This document shows positions 9,120 to 21,100 of a stretch of DNA of 64,000 bases, piece after piece; the stretch's first letter is position 1, and every line of letters starts with the position of its first letter. Under the pieces are notes generated by a model. It was not told the DNA's origin. It saw only the letters and a list, made by a program, of their open reading frames with translations, and ran no database searches. A program made the position numbers and the translations under genes. This stretch comes from a virus. The stretch lies in the IMG/VR virus record IMGVR_UViG_3300043436_003696, positions 1-64,000 of that record; one strand, 5' to 3'.

Positions 9120-12100
9120 TATGAAATATTTAGCAGAAATAAGAAATAACAAACTTAAAAAGTTTGAGTTAGGTGGCTTAGGATTAACTAATACACCAAC
9201 TTTTAAAACTAATACACCTAAGTTATTAGATTCTAAGGGTATTAATTTTGGTAACCAAAAATCTATTAAAACTAATAAACTTGGTCAAAATGGTGGAATG
9301 GCTAATGCACTAGATATTTTTAAAGCGCAGTCTTTTGGTGATGGTGCTGAAGCATCTAACCCATTAGGTGACGCTGCTAATTCTGTTCCTGTTGTAGACC
9401 CTATAACAGGAGTTATTAAAGCAGTAGGTATTATTGATACTATGAGTACAAGCATGGCTAAAAATTCAGATGGTACTTTTAAAAGTAAAACTGCTGAAGC
9501 ATTATATACATTAAATCCTTTATCTACACCTAAAAGTTTGCTAGAAGGTTTTACTACAGGTAATTATGAAGCTATGAAAAGAAATGCTTCTTTTGGGTTA
9601 TGGGGTGGGGAATCATATGCCGAAGCTCAAGTTAGAAAAGCTAAAGAAGAACAAACAAAACAAGAAAGTACTGCTTCTATTAATACTGCTAAATTAGCAG
9701 GTCAACAACAAGAAATGACTGGTGGGTTTGCAGGTAACTCTACAGCTACTATGTTTAAAAAAGGTGGGGTTATTAAAAAACCAGTTTTTCTAGGTAAGTT
9801 AGATAACAGAATGGTTTCTGATAATACCTCTGTGCAAAGACCTAGCATACAACAACAAGATGTAAGATTAAAAACTCCACAAGAAGTTAAGAAAGCTAAT
9901 AGAGAAAACTTTCAAAAACGTATAGGTGTAAAACCTACATACAATGTTCAAGAGTTAATTGACTTTGGTACACCTGAACCTGGTATAGAATACGTACCTG
10001 TAGAAGCAGCTTTACTTCCAAGCACTCCTGCAATTAAAGGGTTAGGAACTGTTGGTAATTTTGCTTTAGATATGCTTAACCCTTTAAGTGGTGCTAGAAG
10101 TTTAAAAATTAAACCTAAAGAATTAATTGGTTCTCCTAATGTTTTATCGGTTACAAAAAATATAGAAAAGTCTTTACCCATACCACAAAATATAAATGCA
10201 CTTAAATCTTGGCAATTAAAAGAACTTCCGGGATTGCATTTAAAATCTACAATGGAAGGAGAAGCTATTAGTAAAATAGTAGAACCTAAAACAGGATTGA
10301 TAAATACAGAACAAGCTCTTGCTATTATAGGTAAGGAATCAGGAGGTGCTGATAAGGTTGCTATTATAAGGCAAGGATTAGGAGAAAACATTCCTAAGAA
10401 GATGGATTATAATGAGTTTAGAAAAGTAGTTCAAGACCAACTTATTCCTTTAGAAAGACAATTTGTAACACATTCAAGTGAATACGGTATTGATAGATTA
10501 GGTTATGGTAAATACAAAACTGTTATCAACGAAAGGGGTAATCCTATATTACAACCTTTAAAAGGTAAAAATTTAGAACCATTAGAAAATCAAACTCTAA
10601 TATTAGGTAATAAGTCTAAGCTTGGTAGAGGTTCTTCTGCTCATGGTAACCCAGATGAAACATTAGGGCATATTCACTTTTTAAGAGATGCTGAAACTCC
10701 AGATGTATTAACAGTGACACAAATACAATCAGACGCTTTTCAAGGTACACATAGAAGAATGCCTAAAGGAAAATTAACTAAAACAAATGACCCAATAGAC
10801 AATGATTATATAGATGAAGCTGGAAGATATTTTGATAATGCAACAGGTGAAAATATTACTCAAAAACAATTACTTGATAAAAATCACCAAGAAAGATACT
10901 TACAAGAACTTGTAGACTATGCTGGTAAAAGAAGTGATTTAAATAAAGTAAGAATACCTACTTCTGAAACTGCTGCTAAAGTGCAGGGTTATAAACCTGT
11001 TACAACAGCTGAAGAAATTATAGAAAAATATAATAAACTAAAAGGAACTTCTAAATGGGATGAAATCATGGCTGATACTCCAGATGCAGATAAACTAAGA
11101 CTTCAAAAAGTTTTAGAAGGTAAAATTAAAGGAGATATTTATGATTTAGAAAGAACAACCATTCTTAAAAAATACTCAGAACAACCTAAAACTATTAAAA
11201 AACTATTTGGTGTAGAACCTAAAGTAATAAAAGACAATAAAGAAAATACTTGGTATGAATTTGATATCCCAAATAAGTTTAAAAAAGGTAAAGGTGAAAT
11301 TAAAGCATTTGGGCTAACACCTGCTATAGGAATAGGAGGGGCAAGTGCTTTAGGAGCAGGAGCGTTACAACAAAATCAAGAAAAAAAACAATTTAAAAAA
11401 GGTGGGGTAATAAAAGACAATAAAAGAAAATTTGCAGATGGTGGTAATGTAGCTAACCCACAATATGAAGTAGAAAAAGATGAAGTAGTTCAAGGTCAAG
11501 ATACCAATCTTGAAGAACAAACTGATTTAGCTAGTGATATGACTTTAGCTGGTGGTGAAACACATGAAAATGGTGGAACTTTAGGTGAAGGTGGAGAACG
11601 TGTATTTTCTAACAGATTGTTAATAGGTAAACCTCTTTATGGTTTTTTATCTGCTAATAAAATACCTGTTAAATTAACAAATACTTATGCAGAAGTAGCA
11701 ACTAAATTAGGTAAATTAAAAGGTAAATATGAACCTAATACAACTTCTAAAGACCCTTTAAAACATAAAACTGCTACAACAATGACTACAAGAATTGATG
11801 GTTTAATTGAAGCAGCTTTTCAAGAACAAGAAATTAATAAACAAAATGATATGGCAACTAAAACATTTGCTTATGGCGGTAAACTAAAAAAATTATTTGC
11901 TGGTGGTGTTAACCCTACTGGTAATGTTAAACCTAAGAAAACGTTAAAAAACCCACCTCTTTTTGAAACAGACGGGTATAACGAATGGAATACAAATGAT
12001 TCTAATGATATTGTTGATTTAGAAAGAAAAAAAGTTAATCCTACTTCTAAATTAGATTGGGAAAAAGCTTTAGAATATCCTACAGTATTTGGTGGTGAAT

Positions 12101-12849
12101 CTTTAACTAATCTTACAACACCTGTAAAATCTGATGTTGTTAAGAAGAATGATAAAATTAAGAAAAAAACTAATTATGATTTAGATGGATTAGACAGTCA
12201 TTTAATGAACGCAGCTATTTATTTAAAAACTCTAAACTTAATTGATAGCCAAGAAAAAGGAATTAAACGTAAAACAGCTACACCATTGTTACAACGTAAT
12301 GTTAACTTTTTATCTAGTGCTAATAATGAAATTGATAAAACTGTTGATACAGCTAACAAAACAATGGCTAGAAATACATCTTCATATCAAGACCAATACA
12401 GTAGAAATGCTGATTTAGTATCGAGAGGTATTGAAGGTAAAAATAAAGCTGCTCAAGCACAAGCTGCTATGGATATGCAAACAGCTAATACTAATAACAA
12501 TATTATTAATGATTATAATAATAGAAATGCTGAAAACATTAATGCTGATGCTATTGATAGAGTAATAAATAAAAATGCTATTATTGCTAACAAAACAAAT
12601 GCGTTAAATACTTTCTTGCAAGGTGTAATGGGTCACGAAGCTATTAAACGTAAGCAAAATGTAGATAAAGAAAAATTAGCTATATCAAGAATGTATGCAG
12701 GAAATAGAGGTACTAATGAATATATTAATTCTAAAATTAAAGATGCTTATAAAAAAGGTGAAATTACTAAGGAAGCAGTAGAAGAACTAACTGGTGAAGA
12801 ATTTAAACGTGGTGGAGTATTACCCAGAAAAATGAAATCATACTGCTAA
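9109..12849 (+). CDS. virion cargo/ejection protein with repeated FxxGG motifs and an internal passenger domain
   Basis: Seven FxxGG/FxGG motifs and EVEKDEVVQG...GETHENGG...VFSNRL; located between the muzzle and RNAP genes. Confidence 0.7.
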   Translation: MKDNMKYLAEIRNNKLKKFELGGLGLTNTPTFKTNTPKLLDSKGINFGNQKSIKTNKLGQNGGMANALDIFKAQSFGDGAEASNPLGDAANSVPVVDPITGVIKAVGIIDTMSTSMAKNSDGTFKSKTAEALYTLNPLSTPKSLLEGFTTGNYEAMKRNASFGLWGGESYAEAQVRKAKEEQTKQESTASINTAKLAGQQQEMTGGFAGNSTATMFKKGGVIKKPVFLGKLDNRMVSDNTSVQRPSIQQQDVRLKTPQEVKKANRENFQKRIGVKPTYNVQELIDFGTPEPGIEYVPVEAALLPSTPAIKGLGTVGNFALDMLNPLSGARSLKIKPKELIGSPNVLSVTKNIEKSLPIPQNINALKSWQLKELPGLHLKSTMEGEAISKIVEPKTGLINTEQALAIIGKESGGADKVAIIRQGLGENIPKKMDYNEFRKVVQDQLIPLERQFVTHSSEYGIDRLGYGKYKTVINERGNPILQPLKGKNLEPLENQTLILGNKSKLGRGSSAHGNPDETLGHIHFLRDAETPDVLTVTQIQSDAFQGTHRRMPKGKLTKTNDPIDNDYIDEAGRYFDNATGENITQKQLLDKNHQERYLQELVDYAGKRSDLNKVRIPTSETAAKVQGYKPVTTAEEIIEKYNKLKGTSKWDEIMADTPDADKLRLQKVLEGKIKGDIYDLERTTILKKYSEQPKTIKKLFGVEPKVIKDNKENTWYEFDIPNKFKKGKGEIKAFGLTPAIGIGGASALGAGALQQNQEKKQFKKGGVIKDNKRKFADGGNVANPQYEVEKDEVVQGQDTNLEEQTDLASDMTLAGGETHENGGTLGEGGERVFSNRLLIGKPLYGFLSANKIPVKLTNTYAEVATKLGKLKGKYEPNTTSKDPLKHKTATTMTTRIDGLIEAAFQEQEINKQNDMATKTFAYGGKLKKLFAGGVNPTGNVKPKKTLKNPPLFETDGYNEWNTNDSNDIVDLERKKVNPTSKLDWEKALEYPTVFGGESLTNLTTPVKSDVVKKNDKIKKKTNYDLDGLDSHLMNAAIYLKTLNLIDSQEKGIKRKTATPLLQRNVNFLSSANNEIDKTVDTANKTMARNTSSYQDQYSRNADLVSRGIEGKNKAAQAQAAMDMQTANTNNNIINDYNNRNAENINADAIDRVINKNAIIANKTNALNTFLQGVMGHEAIKRKQNVDKEKLAISRMYAGNRGTNEYINSKIKDAYKKGEITKEAVEELTGEEFKRGGVLPRKMKSYC
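9754..9770 (+). repeat. 17-bp direct repeat, copy 1 (TTTAAAAAAGGTGGGGT, encodes FKKGGV)
   Basis: Identical to 11392-11408. Confidence 0.85.
11392..11408 (+). repeat. 17-bp direct repeat, copy 2
   Basis: Identical to 9754-9770. Confidence 0.85.
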
Positions 12850-12875
12850 AATAAATGTATATACATGTTAATTTT

Positions 12876-12910
12876 AAAGCGGATAATTTTCGGATTATTC
12901 GCTTTTTTAT
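12876..12910 (+). terminator. rho-independent terminator
   Basis: Hairpin AAAGCGGATAATT-TTCG-GATTATTCGCTTT followed by a T tract. Confidence 0.8.
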
Positions 12911-12963
12911 TTGCTTTTTTTTACTTATTTTTGTATTAAATACAAAATTTTAATTTTAAAATT

Positions 12964-15123
12964 ATGCCACAATACGTTAAAGAACTATCGTTAATACCAT
13001 ATATAAAACCTTATGTAGCTGCTCCTGTTAAGGAAATGGAAGAACTACAAAAAAAGATGGCTGATGATTATGATGTAGTAGCTAGTCAATATGATGCGTT
13101 AGAAGAATTAAAAGATAATATGAAAGTAATTCCGTGGAAAAAAGATGATGTTTTAAAAAAAGAACAGTTGATTCAAGCAGCTTCTAAAGAAATAGAGGCT
13201 GCTCAAAAAGCAGGAGATTATCAAAATAGAGGAAGATTAGCTAGAAAAGCTTTTAATAATTTAAAAACAGGTTATGCTCAAATATTATCTAATTACGAAG
13301 CAGATAGAAAAAAAAGAGAGGAGTTGATGAAATTTGATAAAATTGCCGACCCTTTAGAAAGAGAAAAAGTTTATAATAAATTAAGTAGATTATATAATCA
13401 AGTTAATGATAATGATATTTCTTACGATAATAAAGGTAATATTGATGTACGTCCTTATCAAGATTTTAATGCTGCTGCTGATGCTAATGCAGTAGAAATA
13501 GCTGATAAATTAGCTTCTGGTTGGAAGGCTAATAAATCTACTACTTTTCCTATAAAATATAAAACAAAAGATGGAGAAGAAATGTTTGTTCAAACTAAAT
13601 TAGAAGGTGCTACTAGAAATGCAAATGGAAATATTATTCCAGAAATGGAGCAAGAAATTTTTAAATACATTTATGATAATTTAAAAACTAATCCTGAATT
13701 AAAAGCATATTTTGAGCAAAAACATCTTGTAAATAATTATAATTTAAAAGATTTTGACTCTGAAGCAGTAGCATTAATTAAAAGTAAAAATCCTAATGCT
13801 ACTGACCAACAAATAGGAGCTGTTCTTAAAGAACATCAATTAATTCAAGAAGCAGCAAATTTTGCAGGTAAAAAACATGGTTATACTACAATAGATTATG
13901 ATTTTAAATGGAATCCAAGATGGGAAACAAGTGCTAAAGCTGAAGCAGAACGAAAAGCTAAGGCTGCTACAGTAATAACAACAAGTACTTCAAGTGATTA
14001 TAAAATTAATATAGACGGATTAGCTCAAGTTAAAACACATTTAATAAATCAACAAACAGATTTACAGAAAAAATTAGCTAGTGTAACTGACCCAGTAGTA
14101 AAAGAAGAACTTGAAAATAATTTAAGTAATGTAAAAACAAAATTAAGATTACAAGATGAATTATTAAAAAATGCGGAAAGTAAAATTAATTGGAATTGGC
14201 AAAGTAAATATGCTGATTATGCAAATAAAGTTAGAAAAACAGGTGAAAAACCTTTATCTCCTAAAGAATTTAATAATGTAGTTAGAACAGGTAATTTTGA
14301 AAAAAATGAAATATTTCCTAAAGGTGGAGAAGCTGTTTCATTATCAGGATTATATGGTAGTAAAGCTGTAGATACAGCAAAAGCTTATTATCAAAAATAT
14401 AAAACAGCTTTAACAAAAGCTAATAAAGAAGGTTCAATAATTCAAGAACACCAGTTAGTAGATGGTAATGAACATACTTATGCTGGACAATATTCTAAAT
14501 TATTAACAGATAGATTAAAAAATAATAATGTAGAATTTATTACTCAAGGCGGTCAACAATTAGATATTGAAGAAAATTTTGCAGAAAAAGGTATAGATTT
14601 AAATACGTTAAATGTTATACCAACTAAAGGATTAATAGCAGGTAAACCAGGTTTTGCTGTTACAGGTACTAAAAAAGACGGTACTAGTAGAATTACATAT
14701 TATACTGTAATGGATGGTAATGGTAATATTGAAGATTATCAACAAAATGGATACGATTTAATTGAACAATCTAAAAATTCTAAATATGCAAATTCCCCAC
14801 AAAAACAAAATCAATTAAAAACAACTGGTTTAATGCAAGTAGGATATTCTTCTGATGAAGGTAAAAAAATATCAGAATTAAATTTACCTATTATTCAAGG
14901 AGGAACAAGAGAACAACCTACTAGATTACCTATTAATAATAAACTAGCTGTAGATGTTATAACCGATAAAGGTGTTGATATATATAGATTGTATAATATT
15001 AATACAAAACAATATATTAAAAACCCTGAAGATGGTAAATCTGATTTTCGTTCAGAAGAAGATTTAATAATTACATTAGGTCTAAACAATATTTTATTAA
15101 CTAATCCTAAAATACTTCAATAA
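12964..15123 (+). CDS. virion ejection protein preceding the RNAP
   Basis: 719-aa helical protein (PYVAAPVKEM N-terminus) in the crAss-like ejectosome position. Confidence 0.6.
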   Translation: MPQYVKELSLIPYIKPYVAAPVKEMEELQKKMADDYDVVASQYDALEELKDNMKVIPWKKDDVLKKEQLIQAASKEIEAAQKAGDYQNRGRLARKAFNNLKTGYAQILSNYEADRKKREELMKFDKIADPLEREKVYNKLSRLYNQVNDNDISYDNKGNIDVRPYQDFNAAADANAVEIADKLASGWKANKSTTFPIKYKTKDGEEMFVQTKLEGATRNANGNIIPEMEQEIFKYIYDNLKTNPELKAYFEQKHLVNNYNLKDFDSEAVALIKSKNPNATDQQIGAVLKEHQLIQEAANFAGKKHGYTTIDYDFKWNPRWETSAKAEAERKAKAATVITTSTSSDYKINIDGLAQVKTHLINQQTDLQKKLASVTDPVVKEELENNLSNVKTKLRLQDELLKNAESKINWNWQSKYADYANKVRKTGEKPLSPKEFNNVVRTGNFEKNEIFPKGGEAVSLSGLYGSKAVDTAKAYYQKYKTALTKANKEGSIIQEHQLVDGNEHTYAGQYSKLLTDRLKNNNVEFITQGGQQLDIEENFAEKGIDLNTLNVIPTKGLIAGKPGFAVTGTKKDGTSRITYYTVMDGNGNIEDYQQNGYDLIEQSKNSKYANSPQKQNQLKTTGLMQVGYSSDEGKKISELNLPIIQGGTREQPTRLPINNKLAVDVITDKGVDIYRLYNINTKQYIKNPEDGKSDFRSEEDLIITLGLNNILLTNPKILQ

Positions 15124-15125
15124 AA

Positions 15126-18100
15126 ATGCCTGAAAATCCAATTAAACCAGATGCATCTTATGTAGATGCCGTTAAACAAGAAAATAAATCTAAATTATCT
15201 AATTATATTGAATCTAGTAAAAGTAAAGGTTCTTTAGATAAATACAAACCTTATTTTAATGAAGGTCAAATATATTTAAATGAAGGTCTTGATGATGCAA
15301 GAGCAAATAATCAAGGTTCTTTAGAAAGAGGAACTAGAATTTTAACAAGAGGTCTTGCTACTTTTGGAGCAGCTACAGCAGAAACTATTGCAGGTATAGC
15401 TAGTTTAGCTGCTAGTCCTTTTACTTACGATAAAGAAAGAGGTTTTGTAGATTCTACTTTTAATAATTCTTTAATGAAAGGTATTGAAGAATTACATAAA
15501 GATGTTTTAGAAAACCAACAACTATATTTTACTCAAGAGCAATTAAATGATGAAAGTATTACAGGTTGGTTATCATCTAGTCAATTTCTTGATGATTTAA
15601 CTCAAGGTGCTGCTTTTTTAGCTTCACAAGCTATACCAACGAGTTTAGTAAGTAAATTAGTTAAAAGTGCTACTTTTTTAACTAAAATAGGTAAAACAGG
15701 AAAAGTTTTAAATGAGGCTGGTGTAGCATCTAAATTTTTTGAAGGTAAAACTATAAAAGCATTACAAAATTTATCTAAAGAAGAACTATCAGCAATGGCT
15801 GCTGAAGGTATAGATATTGGTCAATTACAAAAAACTATAGGTAACACTCAACGTATTTTAGATAAAGTTGGTACAGGTGTTGGTGCTACTGTAGGTAGGT
15901 TAGGTGAATCTGCTATGGAGCGTAATCAAACATATAATGAATTAATAAATCAAGGTGTTGATGAACAAACTGCAATAAAACAATCTAACAATGTTTTTTG
16001 GGGTAATATAGCTTTAGCTGCGTTAGATGCTAACCAATATACTCAAATGTTTGGTGCTTTTAGTAAAGGGGCAAAAAAAGGATTAGTTAATGAAATGTAT
16101 GATGATGCTACTAAATTACTTTTTAAAAAAGGGGATAATTTAGCTGCTAAACAAATGAGCAAAGCAGACAAAATTGGAAACTACCTTTGGGGAGTTGCAA
16201 AACAAACTGGGTTAGAATCTTATGAAGAATTACAACAACATAGCTTTCAAGAAGCTGCTAAACAATTAGCCTTAAAAGCAAATAACCCAGAATATACAGA
16301 TAGTATTTTTGATTTTTTAGGTAAGTCTTTTGAAGGGCTACCACAATCTTTAGCTACTAAAGAAGGCTTACGTTCTGCTATTTTAGGTGGATTATTAGGT
16401 GGTGGAACAACTGCTATAACAACAGCTAAACAACAAGGTCAAATTCAAAAAACTGCTAATGAAATGGCTACAGATTTTAATAATAATTCTGTATACCAAA
16501 AAGAAAAAGTAGACCCTACTAAAAGATTTATTACATCACCTACTGGTGAAAAAATTGCTAACAATAATTACTTATCTGAACTTAATAGATTTACTGCTTT
16601 AGAAGAGGCTAAAATTATTGCAGCTGATAAAAAAGATTTTATTGAATGGGATAGATTAAATAATCTACAATTATTCGGTCAAGTAGAATCGCATAAAAAA
16701 GCTGGTATGCTTGATGAACTTGTTTCTAAATATGAAGCTCTATCTGATTTAAAACCTGTTGAATTAGCTACAGAATTAAAAACAAATATTAATCAAATAC
16801 AAGACCCTAAATTAACTGTAGATAATATTAATAATAAAATAAAACATTACAGCGAATTATTAGATTCTATTTCTTCCGACCCTACTTTATCTGCTTTAAC
16901 AACTAAAGCTCAAAGAATTGCTGCTGTAAAATTATTTAATTACGAAGAAAACAAACATCAATTAAATAAAATAACAGCTAAAATAAATGAACTTCAAGCT
17001 AAAAATGATTCATATACAATAAACACTAGATTTGATAGTGAAACAGATAGTAATAATTTAGGAAATAAAACTAAAGGTTTTGAAAAATTAGAGGGGTTAA
17101 ATCCTACAGAACAAATAGAATTTAAAGAATTAAATTCTCGTAAAGAAAAACTAGCTAAAGAAAATGAATCTGTTCTATCTTGGTTTACAAATGTAAGAAA
17201 ACCTGAAAATTTATATAAATTTAATGAAGGTATTAATGATTTTTCTGAAAACAATGATGAAGAAATAGTTGATAATGCTGTTAAAAAAGAAACCTCAAAA
17301 GTAAACTCACCAGAAGTAATGGATTTCTATAATAGAAACATTGTAGAAGATGAAGATGGTTTTGAGTCTTCTGATATTGAAGTTACAGATGAACTTGGTA
17401 ATAAACATACTTGGACTTTTCAAAAAGATAAACCAGAAGTTTTATTTAATGAAGAAGGTAAAGTAATTTATAAAACACAAGATTTTTTAGATAACTCTTA
17501 TAAAGATGAAAATGGTAACTACGCTATAAATGATTCCCAAAATAGAAAATATGTTGTAACTACTGTTAATCCTTTAGATAAAAGAACTATTCGTAAAAAT
17601 AAACAAGAACTTTTAAAACTAGAAGCTAGAGTATTTTCTTTAGATGTTATTATAAAAAACCTAAGGAAAAAACTTGACAATTACAAAAAACAAAAACAAA
17701 ATGAAATAGAATTAAAAAATAAAGAACTTGCTTCTATTTTAGAAGATATTAATTCTGTAAAAGACGGTAGAACAAAAAGAAGTAATGCTTACAAAACATT
17801 ATTAGAAAAACGCGACCAATTAGAAAATGAAATACTTGAATTAGAAACCGAGTTAGAAACTTATATACAAAATAGACCTAATATTGTTAAACGTGGTATG
17901 GAACTACGTGAAGAATCTAATAAATTAAAATCACGTATACAAGAAATAAATTCTAATTTAAAAAAAGAGTTTAAATCTATTGAAAAAGAAAAGTTAGAAA
18001 ACAATGTTAAAGATTTAGAACAACAAATTCAATTAGAAGAAGAATTTAGTCAAGTTTATGAAGATTTAATAAATGATAAACGTGAGTATTTAATAAACTT

Positions 18101-21100
18101 AAAAAAAGTTGTTAACGCTATTAATCATTTTTTATCTGGTGAATTAGATAAGCTTATTGACAAATATCCTTCTGTAATAAATACTATTATTAGTAAATAC
18201 GATATTAAAACTTCAGAAGAGTTTTTTAATTGGGTAAAAAATTATAAAGATAAAATAACAGATATTTACGAAATAACTTATTTAAATACTAGCCCAGAAT
18301 TTAAAAACTTATTACAAGAAGCTTTAACTAGTATAGAAGATTCTGAATTAGATAAATATACTAATGAAATTTCTGATTTAGAAAAAGAATTAGCTTTAAT
18401 AGAAAACGAATATACAAAATATTTAGAAACTAAAACTGATAATTTAAACAAGTTAAAATTTTTACTGGAAAATGCTCAACAAGAATTAAAGTTATACACT
18501 AATATATATGATAAATTAATTAATAAAGAGCCTTCTAAACCTTTAACTACTCAAGAATTTGTAGAAACATCTAATGATTTAACCGCACCCAAAAATGGTA
18601 AAAAAATAGATATTAATAGAAATGGTAAATTTGTTACAGCAGGTAACGATGGTTGGGAAGAAAATGAATTAAATCCAAATATTGAAGAAAGACGTTGGTA
18701 TAGATTCCTTGAAAACGAGGCTTTTAAACTGAAAGGTTTAAAGTTAATGACAGTAACTATTAACGATAAAGTTTATGGAGTAAGTAAACCAGATTCTATT
18801 TACAAAGATGAAAAAATAAAAGATGTTACGCATACAATTGACGATATTAGATTTATTGTTGTAGATGCTAATAATACACCTGTAAAATTTGCTGGTGGTA
18901 TTGTTACTGGAAGAATGAGAACAGATAGTGATACTTTTACTAATGGTGAAATGCGCTATTACAATTCAGACCTTTCTATTACAGAACAAGAATTTTTAAA
19001 TCAACTAGAAAATGAATCTAAAAAATTAAATGAAGTAAGAGAAAAAATAAAATTAAATGATACTAATTTTTATTTCCCAGTAACTTTTGTAAATAGAGGA
19101 ACTAATTTAAATGCAGCTCCTTCAAATGTTGTAGGTACATTAGTTAACAACTCAAAAGAAGTAGATGAATTAACTATTGAAATATCTACAGGTAAAACAC
19201 AAAAAGGTAGTTTTTTAATTAATTATCCTGTTGGTAGAGTTTTAATAAAACAAAATGAAACTATTATACCAGCTATAACTAGAAAAATAAATAAAAATAC
19301 TGAAGGTAGAACAGTTTTAGAACTAACTAAATTATTAGCTAAAAACATTTTAGCAGGTAACCCAGAACAGAAGCCTAAGAATTTTAAATACTCTATACAA
19401 GCTTATATAAATAATATAGTATATACTGGTATATCTAGTACTAATAATTTTAGTATATTAGATAATAATACAATATTAGTTGGCGATAAAAATATTACTT
19501 TTGAAGAATTACTTTCAGGTAATTATGATAACGATATATTAGAATTACTTGGTAATAAAACTTTCCAAGTAAATAATAACAAATGGTTAAATGATACTAA
19601 AAAAGAGTATCATCAAATAGCTTTTGTAGAAGGTGAATTTAAAAACTTTACTTATGAAAGTTACAAACATTTTTTATTAACTAGTGAAAATTCTCCACTC
19701 ACAGTAGCTATAAAATCTTTTTTACCTAATGCTACAGATGAACAAATTTTAAATGACCCTGATTTTAGAAGATTTCAGAATGGTTATATTATGTATTCAC
19801 CTGTTTTTAATAATAGTGAAACATCTCCTATTGTAACAAAACAAGAAGGAGTAGGTGAATTAGCTGGAGAATTAGCTCAACTTCGTAACAAAAAAATAGA
19901 AGTAGAAAATAAAAAATCTATTAAAAATACTACATTAAATAACCTTATAAATAATTTACCTAAAGAAGTTAAAACAGATAGTAATGTTAAACCTTCTTCT
20001 GAAAAAGAAATTACATTAACACCTAGAGATGAAAAAATTAATTCTGCTTTAGAAAAATTAATAGGTAAAAAATTACCTGTAGAAAATAAATCTAATTTAG
20101 ATAAATTAGGTTTAAATAGACTATCTAATAAATCTGGTGTTCTTATTGACATAAATAAAGCTAAAGAAAATTTATCTAAAATATTAAATGTTTCTGTAGA
20201 AATTATTAATGGTAAATTAATAGACGGTATTGCAGATGGTCAATTGACTTCTGATGGTAGAATATTGCTTTCTTCTTTAGCTGAAGAAGGTACAGAATAT
20301 CACGAAGCTTTTCATAGAGTAAGTCAATTTTTATTAACACCTTCTCAAAAAGAAGAGTTGTATAATGAATATAGAAAAACTAATAAAGCTAATTTAACTG
20401 ATTTACAAGTAGAAGAAAAATTAGCTGAAAATTTTAGATTACATGCTCTTGGTATTAACCCAGCACAATCTAAAAGTAAAACATTTTTTGATAAAGTTAT
20501 AGATTTTATAAAAAACTTATTTTTATTAGAGCAAAGTAATAGTAATTTAATAAACAATTTGTTTAATTCTATAATGCTTGGAGAATTTAAAAATAAAGAA
20601 GCTTTAGTAAATTTTATGGATTACAGTAGATTAAATTCTAGTAATACAGATAAAGCAAGAATTTTTAACGCTTATTTTTCTGAAATATTAGACAATCAAC
20701 CAGAATTATATGGTATATTGTCTGATGATAGTTTTGATTCTGATATTTTAATTAAAGAAATTTATAAACAAGCTGCTGCTAAATTTGCTGATGCTGCGTT
20801 TCAAATAGATATATTTGATGAAAAAAATACTTTAACAAATGCTCAAGCAGATGCTATTAAAACTTATATACAAGCTCATAAAAAATATATTAAAAATGTG
20901 GGCGTACTAGTTTCTGATAATGTAGATAATATATTTAATGAAAATGAAAATAATTTAGAAGAAGAACAAGACCCAGAATCTTCTGATATTGGAAAAAGAG
21001 ATAGTGAAGATTATAGAGAAGGTTTTGAATCTTCTTCTGTATCTAATGTATTTAAATCTGTAAAATTATTAATTGCTGGTTTAACCGTTGAAATTAATTA

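Noticed and set aside
12910-12933. Host-type promoter upstream of 12964
   Set aside because: TATTTTTG fits the -7 element, but the nearest TTTG is only 12 nt upstream in a T-rich tract, so a chance match is likely.
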